Assembly (NCBI RefSeq): GCF_030684315.1
Contig: NC_081387.1
Coordinates: 5,560,497 to 5,624,496, forward strand
Reading direction: 5' to 3'
Length of the DNA: 64,000 bases
Origin: Stegostoma tigrinum
Lineage: Eukaryota
A model generated the notes under the pieces. That model was not told where the DNA came from. It saw nothing but the letters and a program-made list of their open reading frames with translations, and did no database searches. Position numbers and translations under genes: made by a program. Position 1 is the stretch's first letter, and each line of letters begins with the position of its first letter. Positions 1 through 11,776 of this stretch are shown piece by piece.

Positions 1-244
1 TTGGCCTTAGGCAAAGAGAAAGATGACAGAAAGTTTAGTGGAGGTTTGATCAAGGTTGTAAAGACCATTTTTATTTTTTCCACCTGTGAACTAAGAGTGG
101 GGAAAGGAATTGCTTCAAACAAGGAAGCTATGTACGAAGGTATTAGTAGCAGGTTACTAGAACACGTTCTGATTTGTATTTACAATGTTGCTTTTCCCAG
201 CGGTATGGTAGAATTCTAAAAACATCAGTGTGTGTGGTGTGTGG

Positions 245-989
245 TGTCATACGGTATGTGTTCAGGACAATTCTGCTCAGAGACAATCATTTGATTGCTT
301 TTTCTCAGTTGACTGGTTGTGTGGGTTCAGAAGAGCTCAGCATAGCAACAACTTCTTGATTAGTTCCTGTATAGGCTCTAGCCTTGTACATAGACAATGA
401 AGAAGCTTCCAGCCTGCAAAGAGAAAACACCTAAATCTTTCCTTCTCTGTCTCATATTCTCACTTATAATTTCCCCGCAAATTGTTCTCTCTGCAGATTC
501 TCTTGTGGAAAAGAAGAGAAAAAAAAACACCTCCAGATGCACAGAATTCTGAAAGCGTGAATGAAAGGTAGAGTCAATTTACCCACAACCTTATGTCATT
601 AGCACAGAATTGGAAGGATATCATTTAGGATCCAGACTGATGCCTGGATTGTGCTTCTCCGACAGTTTTTTTTTGTCTCCACCTATGATATTTGTGACTT
701 GTTTCTTTGTGTATCTGTATGTGTATGGGAATTTTAAAAGGGGGTAGAGTTTAAGTTATAGAATTATAAGTTAGCAATTGATATTTCTTTCTTGCTATTG
801 GTCAAAAAAAGTTTGATTATAATAAATAATTATTTTCTTGTTAATGAAAAACCTGATGTGCATAATCTTTTAACCTGTGTTACATGGTTAATCTGGGCAA
901 TTTGTGGTTTACTCAAATTTTCACGTTTGTGATGACTCTGGGAATATTGAGGCTTGGTTTCCAGCACGATACCCCTGTGACTCATGACA
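245..989 (+). mobile_element. Probable solo LTR (Gypsy-like)
   Basis: Inverted termini TGTCAT (245) and ATGACA (989), internal AATAAA at about 821, non-coding, 745 bp. Flanking TSD is only imperfect. Confidence 0.5.
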
Positions 990-1120
990 AGTTGTTCAAA
1001 ATCTGGAGGGGCATAGGTAGAGTGCATAGGGAGAAACTGTTTCCCATTCATGGAAAGATGAAAAACCAGGGGTCACCCATTTATTGGGACTGGCAAAGTG
1101 AGTGAAAATTGTGCCCATAA

Positions 1121-1535
1121 TGGCTCAGTTGGTAGCAAATCTTGCATCTTAGTCGCCCGGGGTTTGGCTTCAAGTTGCACTGTGGGCCTCAAACACAAAA
1201 CTCAGAGCTGATTGATGCTCCAGTAGAGTATTGAGAAAGTTTTGCTGCTGGCTGAAGGTGTCATCTTTTGAATAACATGTGAAACTAAAACCCCACCTGC
1301 CTATATGGATTTTTAGGCTCAATTTTGAAGAAAAATGGGGATATTTGTCCTAATATCCTGCCAAAATATATCCCTTATCTAGCATGACAGAAACAGATGA
1401 TCTGATATGGTCAAATTTCTGTCTGGGGAAGTTAGTTGGCTGCCACATTTTCCGCATTGCAACAGTTCTGCAATTCATAAGCACTTGTGCTTTTAGACAT
1501 TTGCTGGTTGCGAAAATCCCTATAAAAATGCAAAT
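1121..1535 (+). mobile_element. Degenerate tRNA-derived SINE (SacSINE1/DeuSINE-like)
   Basis: A-box tggctcagttggtagc and B-box-like ggcttcaagt, followed by a body resembling shark Deu-domain SINEs (from recall). Confidence 0.5.
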
Positions 1536-1614
1536 TTTTACTTTTAAAATTGGTGAGTAGTTATATTCTGGAAAGCGCTTCCAGAGGGTGTAGTGGAGAC
1601 AGATTTAGCTAAGG

Positions 1615-1985
1615 CACATCCACCACTTCCTCCGGATGTTCATTCCTCTGTGTAAAAAAACTTGTTCCCCCATCTTCTTTAAATTTCTCTTCTCACCTTA
1701 AAAACATGCTTCCAGTCATGAAATCTGCCGTCCTTGCAAAAAGACACCTACTATCAACCCTATCTATACCTTTTGTGACTTGTAAACCTCTAATAACATC
1801 ACTTCTCAATCTCCTACGTGCCTGTAAAAAAAGGTCCCAACTTATCCAGCTTTTCTTTATAACTCAAACCCGGCATCATCATCTCTTCTGAATTCTCAGG
1901 AGCTTAATAATTTCCTTCTTAGGCCAGGAAAATTAAAACTGGACGCAGAATTCCAGAAGAGGCCTCACCAATTTCCACTACATGG
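1615..1985 (-). mobile_element. CR1/HER1-like LINE 3' fragment
   Basis: Similar to other copies at 7005-7570, 9055-9398 and 25300-25770, which show the LGLFSLE..RLRGDL-type RT C-terminus and 3' tail. Confidence 0.7.
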
Positions 1986-2160
1986 CTTCCTTCTGTGTTG
2001 CAAACATTCCATGATTCTACAATTAGCTCATTAACTATACTGGATATCCAGGCATCTATTTTAAACATGTATCCATACTGTTATATTATCATGGCTGAGT
2101 AGCTTTCTGGTGCCTGATCAACAGGGCAGCTCTGGTGGAAATCTGAGTTGAGAATCTTAC

Positions 2161-2421
2161 CTGATGTTTGGTTTGTCCCCTTCATTATTGTGATGAGATT
2201 TTCCTTAGCCATTGCGGAAAGTTTATTCCCTTGATTTGTGAGGTATTCCCAGTAATCATCATCAAAAGAATCCATCATCCACTGCTGCCGGGGGACTGTC
2301 CGCCTGGCATCACTGTCATAATGGGTCACAGGAACTCCATTGATCATTGCTACACCAAAATACTCAGGTAGGTCAGCAATACCAGAGGTTGCTATAAATG
2401 CCGTAGTAATGGTATTGCTGT
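2161..2421 (-). CDS. Non-classical MHC class I-like gene A, alpha1 exon (rest of gene lies beyond the window start)
   Basis: Acceptor ttttacag| and donor |gtaaga, 261 nt, phase 1/1. Translates DSNTITTAFIATSGIADLPEYFGVAMINGVPVTHYDS...RQQWM...YWE...TNQTSG, with class I alpha1 YDS, YW and the NQT glycosylation site. Confidence 0.93.
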
Positions 2422-2738
2422 CTGTAAAACAAGTAAAGGAACAATTCATTTACAAAAAAACTACCAACTGAGCAGGTATATTCTCAGCCATATAATGACG
2501 CTGCCCCAGAGACAGACACAGGGCGATGGAGAGGAATACAAACAGAAGCAGGCAGATACACGTATACCCGCCACAGAGAAGATACAATTGTAAATACCAA
2601 TTCTTCTCCCTTTAATGAATATCGTGACACACATTTCCTGCCGATGCTAACATTTCTACTTCCAGTGAAAACCAGTCTACACCCAGGGCTGGAGAAACGA
2701 CAGAGAGAGAGGATGGAAAGCTGAATTCTTGTACTTAC

Positions 2739-2790
2739 CGGGAGAGACCCAGGAAAAACACAGGGAGATGGAGAGAATGATGAGCAACAT
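2739..2790 (-). CDS. MHC class I-like gene A, leader peptide exon (coding part)
   Basis: MLLIILSISLCFSWVSP + G|gtaagt, 52 nt, phase 1. Near-identical to the gene B leader. Confidence 0.9.
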
Positions 2791-3212
2791 TCTGGTAATC
2801 CACTGTGCCTATTCCAATCAGGGACCGGGAATAAAATAGTCTAAAATGGGGAGGGGGAAGACTGAACAAGGTTATTGAGACTCCATTTTACTGCTGAATT
2901 TGAAGACAGATCATTTCCTGGGCGAGAAACTCCAGAACCAGCGGACAGCAGAAGCATGTTTATAAAAGGATATCCAATTAAAATGACATATAGTTATCCG
3001 TCATGAGTTACTGAGAGGTCAAACTCGGGCGAAATAAATAGCAAGACAGAAGCTTAGGGGGGGCTTTCTGCGAATTCTTCAATGTGGGGGATGGAGAAGC
3101 GAGCGTGTGTTGTCGCTGGTGACTGACGCATTGCTCAGAGTATCACACGCCGGTCAGTGCCTGAGCCGCAGGGAGAATCTGCCCAGGAACAGAAACAGTT
3201 GGAGAAACTCAC

Positions 3213-3420
3213 ACGGTCTGGCAACTTCTTTGGGGAAAGTGAAAACAGAGGCCAGTAACCTTTCTTCAGGACTAGGTAGTGCCTGTCCTCTCAGTTCGTT
3301 CATCAATGGAGTAACGTGTTTCCTGAAAACGCCAGTCAGAGGGAGAGCAGCGGCATGCGACTACTGACTGCTCCTCCAGAACTGTTTTGTTTCGCTTTTC
3401 GCCTGACTGGAGTTTTGCAG
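3213..3420 (-). promoter_or_regulatory. Putative non-coding first exon and promoter of gene A with ISRE/IRF motifs
   Basis: Donor |gtgagt at 3212, IRF-type motifs GAAAGTGAAA (3235-3244) and GTTTCGCTTTTC (3389-3400), locally CpG-rich. Matching acceptor ccattttag| at 2841. Confidence 0.5.
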
Positions 3421-3723
3421 GGACATGGGATGGTGAGCTAAGTGGGGTGGGGGATGTCGGCGACAAGAGCAAGGGACTAGCTCTTAGCCCCCACGATTTC
3501 GGGCATCCGTGCCTCAGAATGGCACCATTGGATGTCAGTCCCCTAGCCTACCCCATATCTGACAAACCAGTAACCACAGTATCCCGGGGCTGATTCTTAT
3601 TGGAAATCTGCCTGTTGGTTTTAGTGGCTTGGGGATCACCGTCACCTAATATAGACGGTGGAACATTTATTGCAATTTTCCGATAGTTTATTAATTTCAT
3701 TGTGTTTGTAAAGAAGCAACAGT

Positions 3724-3950
3724 TTAGATTAGATTCCCTACAGTGTGGGAACAGGCCCTTTGGCCCAACAAGTCCACACCGCCCCTTGGAGCATCCCACC
3801 CAGACCCATCCCCGTATAACCCACACACCCCTGAACACTATGAGCGATTTAGCATAGCCCGATCCACCTAGCCTGCACATCTTTGAACTGTGGGAGGAAA
3901 CTGGAGCACCCGGAGAAAACCCACACAGACACGGGGAGAATGTGCATCTC
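3724..3950 (-). mobile_element. HE1-like V-SINE (5' truncated by a Penelope insertion)
   Basis: V-domain tgtgtgggtttcctcc...gctccagtttcctcccacag and a CR1-type tail with aatct repeats. Same family as 33530-33842. Confidence 0.75.
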
Positions 3951-4337
3951 CCCTCCCCCCACTGCATCCCAAAACCAGCCCAGCTCGTCCCAACCTGTTC
4001 TTCCTCTCACTTATCCCCTCCTCCCACCTCAAGCCACACCTCCATTTCCTACCTACTAACTTCACCCCACCCCCTTGACCTATCCATCCTCCCCAGACTG
4101 ACCTATCCCCTCCCTACCTCCCGACCCATACTCTCTTCTCGTCTAGCCATCTTCAGTCTGCCTCCACCCCCTCCCTGTTTATTTCAGAACCCTCACCCCA
4201 TCCCCCTCTCTGATGAAGGGTCTAGGCCCGAAACGTCAGCTTTTGTGTTCCTGAGATGCTGCTGGGCCTGCTGTGTTTATCCAACTCCACACTTTGTTAT
4301 CTTGGATTCTCCAGCATCTGCAGTTCCCATTATCTCT
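3950..4337 (+). mobile_element. Penelope-like element 3'/pLTR fragment with intact minimal hammerhead core (4210-4237)
   Basis: CTGATGA-A-GGGTCTAGGCCC-GAAACGTC. Same sequence as the ends of the GIY-YIG-bearing copies at 26173-27936 and 45085-46176. Confidence 0.8.
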
Positions 4338-5239
4338 ATTCAATATTCCAGTTGCAACCTTGCCAAACTTACAAACTAACCGTTGGGAAAACTCAACATG
4401 GAAACCAGTATGAACTTTTGGTGACTCCAGTTGTGTGAGGAGCCAAATGACAGCAGCCCACCACCTGTCTTTAAATCTTCCTGCTCAATGGCAAGCTGCT
4501 TTCCTTTTGGAATGAGGGACAGAGAGGCTGTATTATGAAAGTGGTTGACACTGTCATTACTATTGGTGTAAATGGGGATGTGTACCGAGTGAGTGAGAAG
4601 GCAGCAGAGAAGGCATGCAGGATTAGTGGTGACAGGCGTTTGGGAATGGTGAGCGCAGGTGAAACAAGATGTTACAGACATTAGTGAGAGCGGTCGAGCA
4701 TCAGTCTTGGTGTTAGCTGGGTACTGTCGGAGAACTAGTGCGAGTGTGAAGTATCAGAGAGAAGATGATAGACCATAGCCTGATGGAGGGGAGAAGCTCT
4801 TTGACCTGCTTCCTACATTCCTCCAGCTGGCTGAGATTGCTTTAAGTCAGGGTGCAACCCTGCAGACACCCCCACAGGACTGATCTCTCTGGACTGTGTC
4901 AAAGTTTTGAAGATAACACCTTTCAGCCTGCAGGTCATTTTCCAGTAAATGGTCAATCCCTTGCAAAGGTAAGTTTAAGCTCACACACAGCATTACTGGC
5001 CTATAATACTTGTTTTTGAAGTGAGCTTCATGGTGCCTCAATGCTTTCTGCTGTCAGTCTGTAAAAATAGTACACAGGAATTTGCAGTTAATACTAAAAA
5101 AAGTCTCGAGGCTATCAAGATTGGAGAAAGACATGCAAGTAAGAAATTAAAGAGTCAAAATAGAAATGATACTTCATTGGGATTATCTATAAACAGTAGT
5201 GCAGGGGAAAGTGGTTAAAAAAAGATTGGGAACAAATTT

Positions 5240-5900
5240 GGACAATGTTAGGGTTTCTGGATTACAGAGAACCATTGGGTGATGATGTATTTGTCTTAGC
5301 TGTTTCAGGTGATGCTATTCTTTATCTTTCACCAACAATTCCTGATTTGGTAGCTGCAAAACCTCTCCCCAGTTCTCTTTTCTCTCTCGTTTTCCTGAAA
5401 TTCTACCACATCTTTTCCAACTGTGTTTTAGTTAGAGTAACTGTGTTTGGTTACAATTCAGCTTTTTTCACCTGTTCCAAAATCTGGACTGAAATACTGA
5501 GTTCACATTTTTAGAATCCCCTCTCTTTGTCTGGTTGTGTATTTCAGTCTTACTGTTTCACTACATCTTTTAGCTGCTCTACACTTAAGGACACAAATTC
5601 TTACCAAATTAAGTCCTCTTGTTCTACAAACATCTCTGCATCAAAATTTAGCCATCTTAACTTTCTCATATGTTATCACTTCCTTAAAGCTTGTTGCTGC
5701 AGTATCTTGCTTGTTTTTTTTAAAAAATCATCTATATTATTATTCCTTCCATTTCCAAATTCTTTAAAGTTCAAGTTCAGTTCATTTGCAACGGATTTAA
5801 TTTCAGTTTGAAGCTTTCAGTTGTCATGGATGCTTTAAAATGCGTTTCACTAACAGTTGTAGATAAATTTGTTTATCTTCTCTTTAGGAGTGAGAAATTC
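5240..5900 (-). pseudogene. Decayed coding segment, probably the helical region after the GTPase domain of a GVIN1/URGCP-like protein
   Basis: One frame reads as protein for about 190 codons with scattered stops: LQTEIKSVANELNLNFKEF...QLKDVVKQ*...ILEQVKKAEL*...TQLEKMW*NF. The plus-strand ORFs here are its antisense shadows. Confidence 0.45.
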
Positions 5901-7004
5901 AATCTGTAATAACACAGAAGAAAGTCCCTTTATATTTAAAAGAAGAATTGATTAATGTTTGCACTACTCAAGTAACTTCCAGTGCTATAAGGTTACTATT
6001 TCATTCCCAAAAAAAACCCCATGTATTTACAGGTGAAAGCAAAAACTGAAACTGACTGGAATTGAATCAGATCAGTCTTCACTCAGATTGGGTACTTCAG
6101 CCATTTGACTGACATGAAGGATTTGTAATTGTAGGGTTGCTTCATCAACTGCAAAAGCGTCTATTGTCAGTGGCTGGGGGGATTATTAATTTCATAGGAG
6201 TGTTCAGCAGATCAGATTACAGGATGAAGACAGGGGATCTTTCACAGGTGTGGGACTTTTCAGCTGTTTGAAGATGTTTCATAAGGAAAGCTGTTTTCAA
6301 GTATGTCCCCTGTTGTCCCTCCCTGATGGAAACAGTCCTGCATGATGGAAACAGTCTCACATTAAAATGTCTCCTTCATGTTTCAAGATGGCTCTCCAGA
6401 CTGTGATGGATACCCTCTCTTTAGAGAATGCTCTGTGTTTGTTGAGTGCCCTGTTCTTTAAAGCGTACCGTCTTTGTCTTGTTTTCCTGCCTTTTTACTA
6501 TCAGCGTGACTACCTGCAATGCCAAAGCTCATCCCCTAACATGTACAGGCATAGCCGTGGCAACAGCTTGTCGTGGCAGACTGCAGAAGTGTCTGTTTAA
6601 ATGCACCGCTGGGCAGGAGATGGCGGAGAGGCTGAGGGCTGGTAAAGAGGTGGGCTTCCTGTCCCTGCTCATGTCTGAGGAGTACATCTTCTCAGCCGTC
6701 ACTATTTTGCTACATTCACCCTGTTGCCATCACCTCACTGCCCAGCCCACTTCAGCTGCCAAATTGCCCTTTCCAGAGTCAGGAGTCGATGCGTAGGAGC
6801 TGGCTGGCTGCTTCGGCCTCTGTTCCTCACCCTATTCACTGCTCCCCCTCAGGTGCCCCCTATTCAAACTCCCTCTTCCTTACCCAGATCCTCATTCAGA
6901 CGCTAAGGTGCCCAATGAAATGGCTGCTGGTGAATAGCAGCTTGCCAAGAAGCTGTATTCCTGGGTGTGTGTTTATTCGTCATGCCACTTATTCCAACTT
7001 TCCC

Positions 7005-7570
7005 AATAGAGTCATACATCATGGAAACAGACCCTTCAGTCCAACTGACACATGCAGACCATAATCCCAAAACAAAATCAGCCCCTTCAGCCTGATCCTG
7101 GCCTATGTCCATCCACACCTTTCCTATTCATGTGCTTATCTGAATGTCTTTTAAACATTGTAACTGTACCTACATCCACCACTTTCCCAAGAAGTTCATT
7201 CTACACACGATCTACCCCGTGTAAAAAAAAAAGTTGCCCCTCGTGTCTTTTTTAAATTTTTCTCTTCTTATCTTAAAAATATGCCCCTAGTCTTGAAATC
7301 CACAATCCTAGGGAAAAGACAACTGCTATTCACCTTATCTATCTATCTCATGGTTTTATAAACCTTCAAAAGATCACCCCTCAACCTCCCATACTCGAAT
7401 GAAAAAAGTCCCAGCCTATCTAGCCTCTCCTTTTCACTCAAACCCTCCTTTCTGATAAATGTCTTCTGAACCCACTCCAGCTTCATCATATCCCTCCTAT
7501 TACAGGGTGACCAGAACTGGACAAAGTACTCCAGAAGAGGTCTCAGCAATATACTGTAAAATTTCACATA
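7005..7570 (-). mobile_element. CR1/HER1-like LINE 3' fragment
   Basis: RPLLEYFVQFWSP...LEWVQKTF...RLDRLGLFSFEYGRLRGDL, the CR1 RT C-terminus, plus 3' tail. Confidence 0.85.
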
Positions 7571-7589
7571 ATATCTCAACTTCTATACT

Positions 7590-7975
7590 GAAAGGACTGA
7601 GCAATATCAGGATGGTCAGACAATGGCTGCCAGACTCAATGTTCCATATCAAGCATGTGGTAGTCATACTATAGGATTGATTTCTCATTTAGCACTCGAG
7701 GCATTCATTAAGAACAAGGCTGCTCTCAGCTTCAGGGAAACCAGATCCTTTTTATTTCCACTGGAGTGTATCATCGCCCATAAAGTTGTCTCATTCTGCG
7801 TATCATACTCCACGTAACCCTAGTGTATTTAATTTCTCCTTTGTCATTTCTTGCTTGAATTTAGAATAAAAAATGCTAGCATCAATTTCATTGAAGTAGA
7901 AATACTCGGGAGCGAGATAAGAGCAGGAATAAATGAAGCAATAATTTGAAAAGTGGTTGGAACAGATAAAATACC
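7590..7975 (-). pseudogene. Decayed coding segment, possibly the region before the GTPase domain of a GVIN1/URGCP-like protein
   Basis: EYFYFNEID...KEKLNTLGLRGV*...FPEAESSLVLNECLE...LTILILLS loosely follows the recalled family order (GLEH..., LP.LAA.L...PLEL, VLSVLG). Confidence 0.3.
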
Positions 7976-9399
7976 TACAGAAAGAGTTTAACTTCAATGT
8001 TTATTAACTTGTGTGCAGGCCTTTATGTCAGTGTGGAAGCAATGATTGAAGAAACGTTCGAAGGCCCAGATTCTGTGTCTGAAACAAAACGTTCAAAATA
8101 AAATGAGTGAGTTAACAGCTCATAGAGCAGTGAGTGGGGAGTTAACAACAGGATAAATTGAGGCCCAGGATTGGGGGCCCAACACTTCAGTGTAAAATGA
8201 GCAGGGAGGCAAAGTCAGCAACAGGATAAATTGATCCATGATATAATCCATTCCTTTGCCTAATTGCCTTCTCTCCCTCTGGGCTCTTTCTCCACCTATC
8301 CACTCACTCCTTTCCACTCCTCCCAATCCCCTCTATTAAGCATATACACCACCTTTGTCCACCCACTATCAATTCAGAAGAAGAATCACTGGACCTGAAG
8401 CATTAACTCTGCTTTCTCCCTGCGGATGGTGCCAGACCGACTGTGTTATGCACAATTTTCATTTTCTATTCCAGAATCCTGAATACTTTCCTTTTGAGGT
8501 AGAATGAAATGGGGATCTTTACCATTCTCACCCTTAGGTTATTTCTATCTTTGGTTCTATCATTTGACTCAAACTTCACATTCTGTTTCCAAATGCTGAC
8601 TGGTCTGTTGTAAATTGGTACGATTTTCTATGTTTTGTCTCTGATTTATGTTGAAGGTAGATAAGATTGCTGATGCTTAATCAGTAAATATCAATATTAA
8701 AAGGCATTCGGTAATGAACTTTGGAACCGGTTAGTAACTATAACCAGTTTCTAATGCTGTCATTACAAAGGCTAAATGTTACATGAACATGTTGTACTAA
8801 GTTATTCTTATAGTTAACAGTTATCAGTTTACTGTTTCAGATATATTTTTCAAATCATGAAATAAATTACAAATGATCTTCTATCCAATTGGATGGGACC
8901 TCTTTCCCAGGTTCCATTCTTAGCTATTTAATGAAAGCCAGAGAATCACCTAGGATTGTTTCTCTTCATGTTCGTGCGCTGCAACACCCAGTGTCCTCCA
9001 AAGATTTGTTCTTGGTCCTCTCTTATTTCTCAACAACTTGCTGCCCCTCCATGTCATAGAGGCATAGAGTCATACAGCACAGAAACAGACCCTTCCGTCC
9101 AAACAGTCCATACCAACCACAATCCCAAATTAAACTAGTCTCACCAGCCTGTGCTTGGCACATATTCTTCCCAACATTTATTATTCATGTTCTTATCCAA
9201 ATATCTTTTGTATGTTGCAACTGTACTCTCATCCACCACTTCCTCTAGAAGTTCATTCCACACACGTACCACTCTCTGTTGCCCCTCATGTCTTTTTTTA
9301 AAAATCTTTCCTGTCTCACCTTAAAAATATGCCCCCTATTGAAATCCCCCACCATAGGGAAAAGATACCTGGCATGCACCTTTATACCCTTCATAATTA

Positions 9400-10150
9400 G
9401 CGAGTTTTGAGAAGATTTGTAGCTCAGGTAGAGGCTCTGGATGTGAGTTTGCTCGCTGAGCTGGAAGGTTAGTTTTCAGACATTTCATCACCATTCTAGG
9501 TAACATCATCAGTGAGCCTCCGACGAAGCGCTGGTGTTATGTCCCGCTTTCTATTTATCTGATTAGGTTTCTTTGAGTTGGTGATGTCATTTCCTGCGTT
9601 GGTGATGTCATTTCTTGTTATTTTTCTCAGGGGATGGTAGATTGGCTCCAAGTCAATGTGTTTGTTGATGGAGTTCCGGTTGGAATGCCATATTTCTAGA
9701 AATTCTCGTGCGTGTCTCTGTTTGGCTTGTCCTAGGATGGATGTGTTGTCCCAATCAAAGTGGTGTCCTTCCTCATCTGTATGTAAGGATACGAGTGATA
9801 GTGGGTCATGTCGTTTTGTGGCTAGTTGATGTTCATTGATTGGGACAACACATCCATCCTAGGACAAGCCAAACAGAGACACGCACGAGAATTCCTAGAA
9901 GCATGGCATTCCAACTGGAACTCCATCAACAGACACATTGATTTGGAGCCAATCTACCATGCCCTGAGAAAAAGAACAGGAAATGACATCACCAACACAG
10001 GAAATGACATCACCAACCCAAAGAAACCTAATCAGATAAATAGAAAGCGGGACATAACACCAGCGCTTCATCGGAGGCTCACTGTTGATGTTACCTAGAA
10101 TGGTGACGAAACATCTGGGAACAAACCGGCAAGCTCAGTGAACCAGCTTA
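9400..10150. mobile_element. Penelope/Poseidon-like element, two arms in inverted orientation
   Basis: GIY-YIG C-terminus (DWDNTSILGQAKQRHAREFLEAWHS) on + at 9826-10098, mirrored on - at about 9400-9820. Hammerhead-like ctg(a/t)tgatgttacctagaatggtga(c/t)gaaa in each arm. Confidence 0.85.
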
Positions 10151-10313
10151 CATCTGGAACACAATAAAGACCCACTCTCTTGTGGACCGAGAGGAGGAGA
10201 GTGCTGTCTTGGAGGTGAAAGGAGGACGTCGGGTTGGCTGTGCACCCTTGCGACCAGTGGATCTTAATGCTGGCTTCGGCCTAACGCTGGTTTAGGGGAG
10301 CAGCCAACCTGCA

Positions 10314-11776
10314 ATGATGGCTGCGGCAAGTGCTCGTGCCCCAGGTCAGGGGGTCCGGAACACCATCCGTGTTTCCGTAAAGAAGGTGGATGAAGGTGCA
10401 CCTGTGGACCACACCTTCTTCGTGAAGAGGGTCCTGTTGGACTGTTGTGGGTTCGCTGCTGCGGACATTTACTGCCTGCAGGATTTCCACGGAGGAGGTT
10501 TTTACGACGTGACCTTCAGGAGTGCCAAGCTTTGCGAGCGCTTCCTGGAGGTTTTCAAGGAGAAAGGAGGTGACGGCCCCCTCTCTATATTGACCACTGT
10601 CCCGCTGTTTGTGATGCCAGCGCAGAGGAGCCGTATGGTGACTGTACACACGTACAACCTGCATGTGCCAGCAGTTGATGTCCTGACCTTCCTCGGAAGG
10701 TACGTGAAGGTGGAAGGGGACCTAAGTGACATCGTGGACCCCTTTGGCATCTGGACGAGTAAGAGGCAGGTCAAGGTGACGCTGAGGATGGGCGCAGACA
10801 GGAATGTCGTACACCCACCATCCAGCTTCGCGATCGGCGAGAGCAAGGGCTACCTGACCTATGCAGGGCAACCTAAAGTCTGCCATGCCTGTGGTAGGTC
10901 AGGTCACGTGGCGGCCGACTGCAAAGCCACCATCTGCAGGAACTGCAGGGAGGAGGGACACCTTGCAAAGGATTGCCCACGAGAGAGAAGCTGCAACCTT
11001 TGCGGGGAAGCGGGCCACTTCTATAGGGCATGCCCGCAGCGGGGGACCACCTACGCCCAGGTCGCCGGCAGGGGCAATGCGGGGCCAGCCCCCCGGAGGA
11101 GAGGAAGGCACCAGGGCCCAGCAAGGACCCCACTAATGTGCAGGAGGGCCAGGCCGTGCAGGAGGGCCCAGCCCCCGCAGGATTGGCCCGAGGCCAGCAA
11201 AGCACCCCTGCAGGCTCCGCTCCCCCCGACAACCCGGAGTCGATGGAGGCGACAGGCGACCCAGGGGAGTGGAGAACGGTCCGGAAAGCGAGGAGGAAGG
11301 TGCGTCGACGGGGCCAGGAACCGCAACCATCAGGCGGGAAGAGGCAGCTACAGGGGGGCTATAAGAGCTCCTCTGACGAGGAGGATTCGGAGAGGGCCCG
11401 CCCGAAGCAGAAGTTAAAGATCTCGAGGGAGAAGGAAAGCAGCACCACGCTTCCAGGTGACGGGAGGCGTCCTGAGGCTCCCTCCGACACCCAGTCAAGT
11501 GCCGCTGGAGCACTGGAGGGCCTCCCGGGACTTCCAGGCGGGAAGGAGGTAACAGCGCATCCCCAGCCTGACCCGGAGCCGGACCCTCCTGCCTCTGCAC
11601 CCCTGACGGGGGGATGCCACCCGGAAGGCAGCACGGATGGTTTCCTGAGCCTGGAGAGCGTCCAGCAGTTAGCCCGGGCAATGGGCATGAAGGGACAGAT
11701 GGAGGGGCTGGACCTTGGACTTGGGGAGGGTACTGCGGTCACTGCCCACAATGGGGGTACGAGTTGCGAGCATTAA
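10314..11776 (+). pseudogene. Tx1-like ORF1 (RRM-like region plus 3 CCHC zinc knuckles, ZCCHC3-like), one frameshift near 11090
   Basis: CHACGRSGHVAADC, CRNCREEGHLAKDC, CNLCGEAGHFYRAC. The frame switches from ORF 10314..11417 to ORF 11030..11776. Confidence 0.88.

Noticed and set aside
7880-7930. YLAPEY resembling a kinase APE motif
   Set aside because: No other kinase subdomains nearby.
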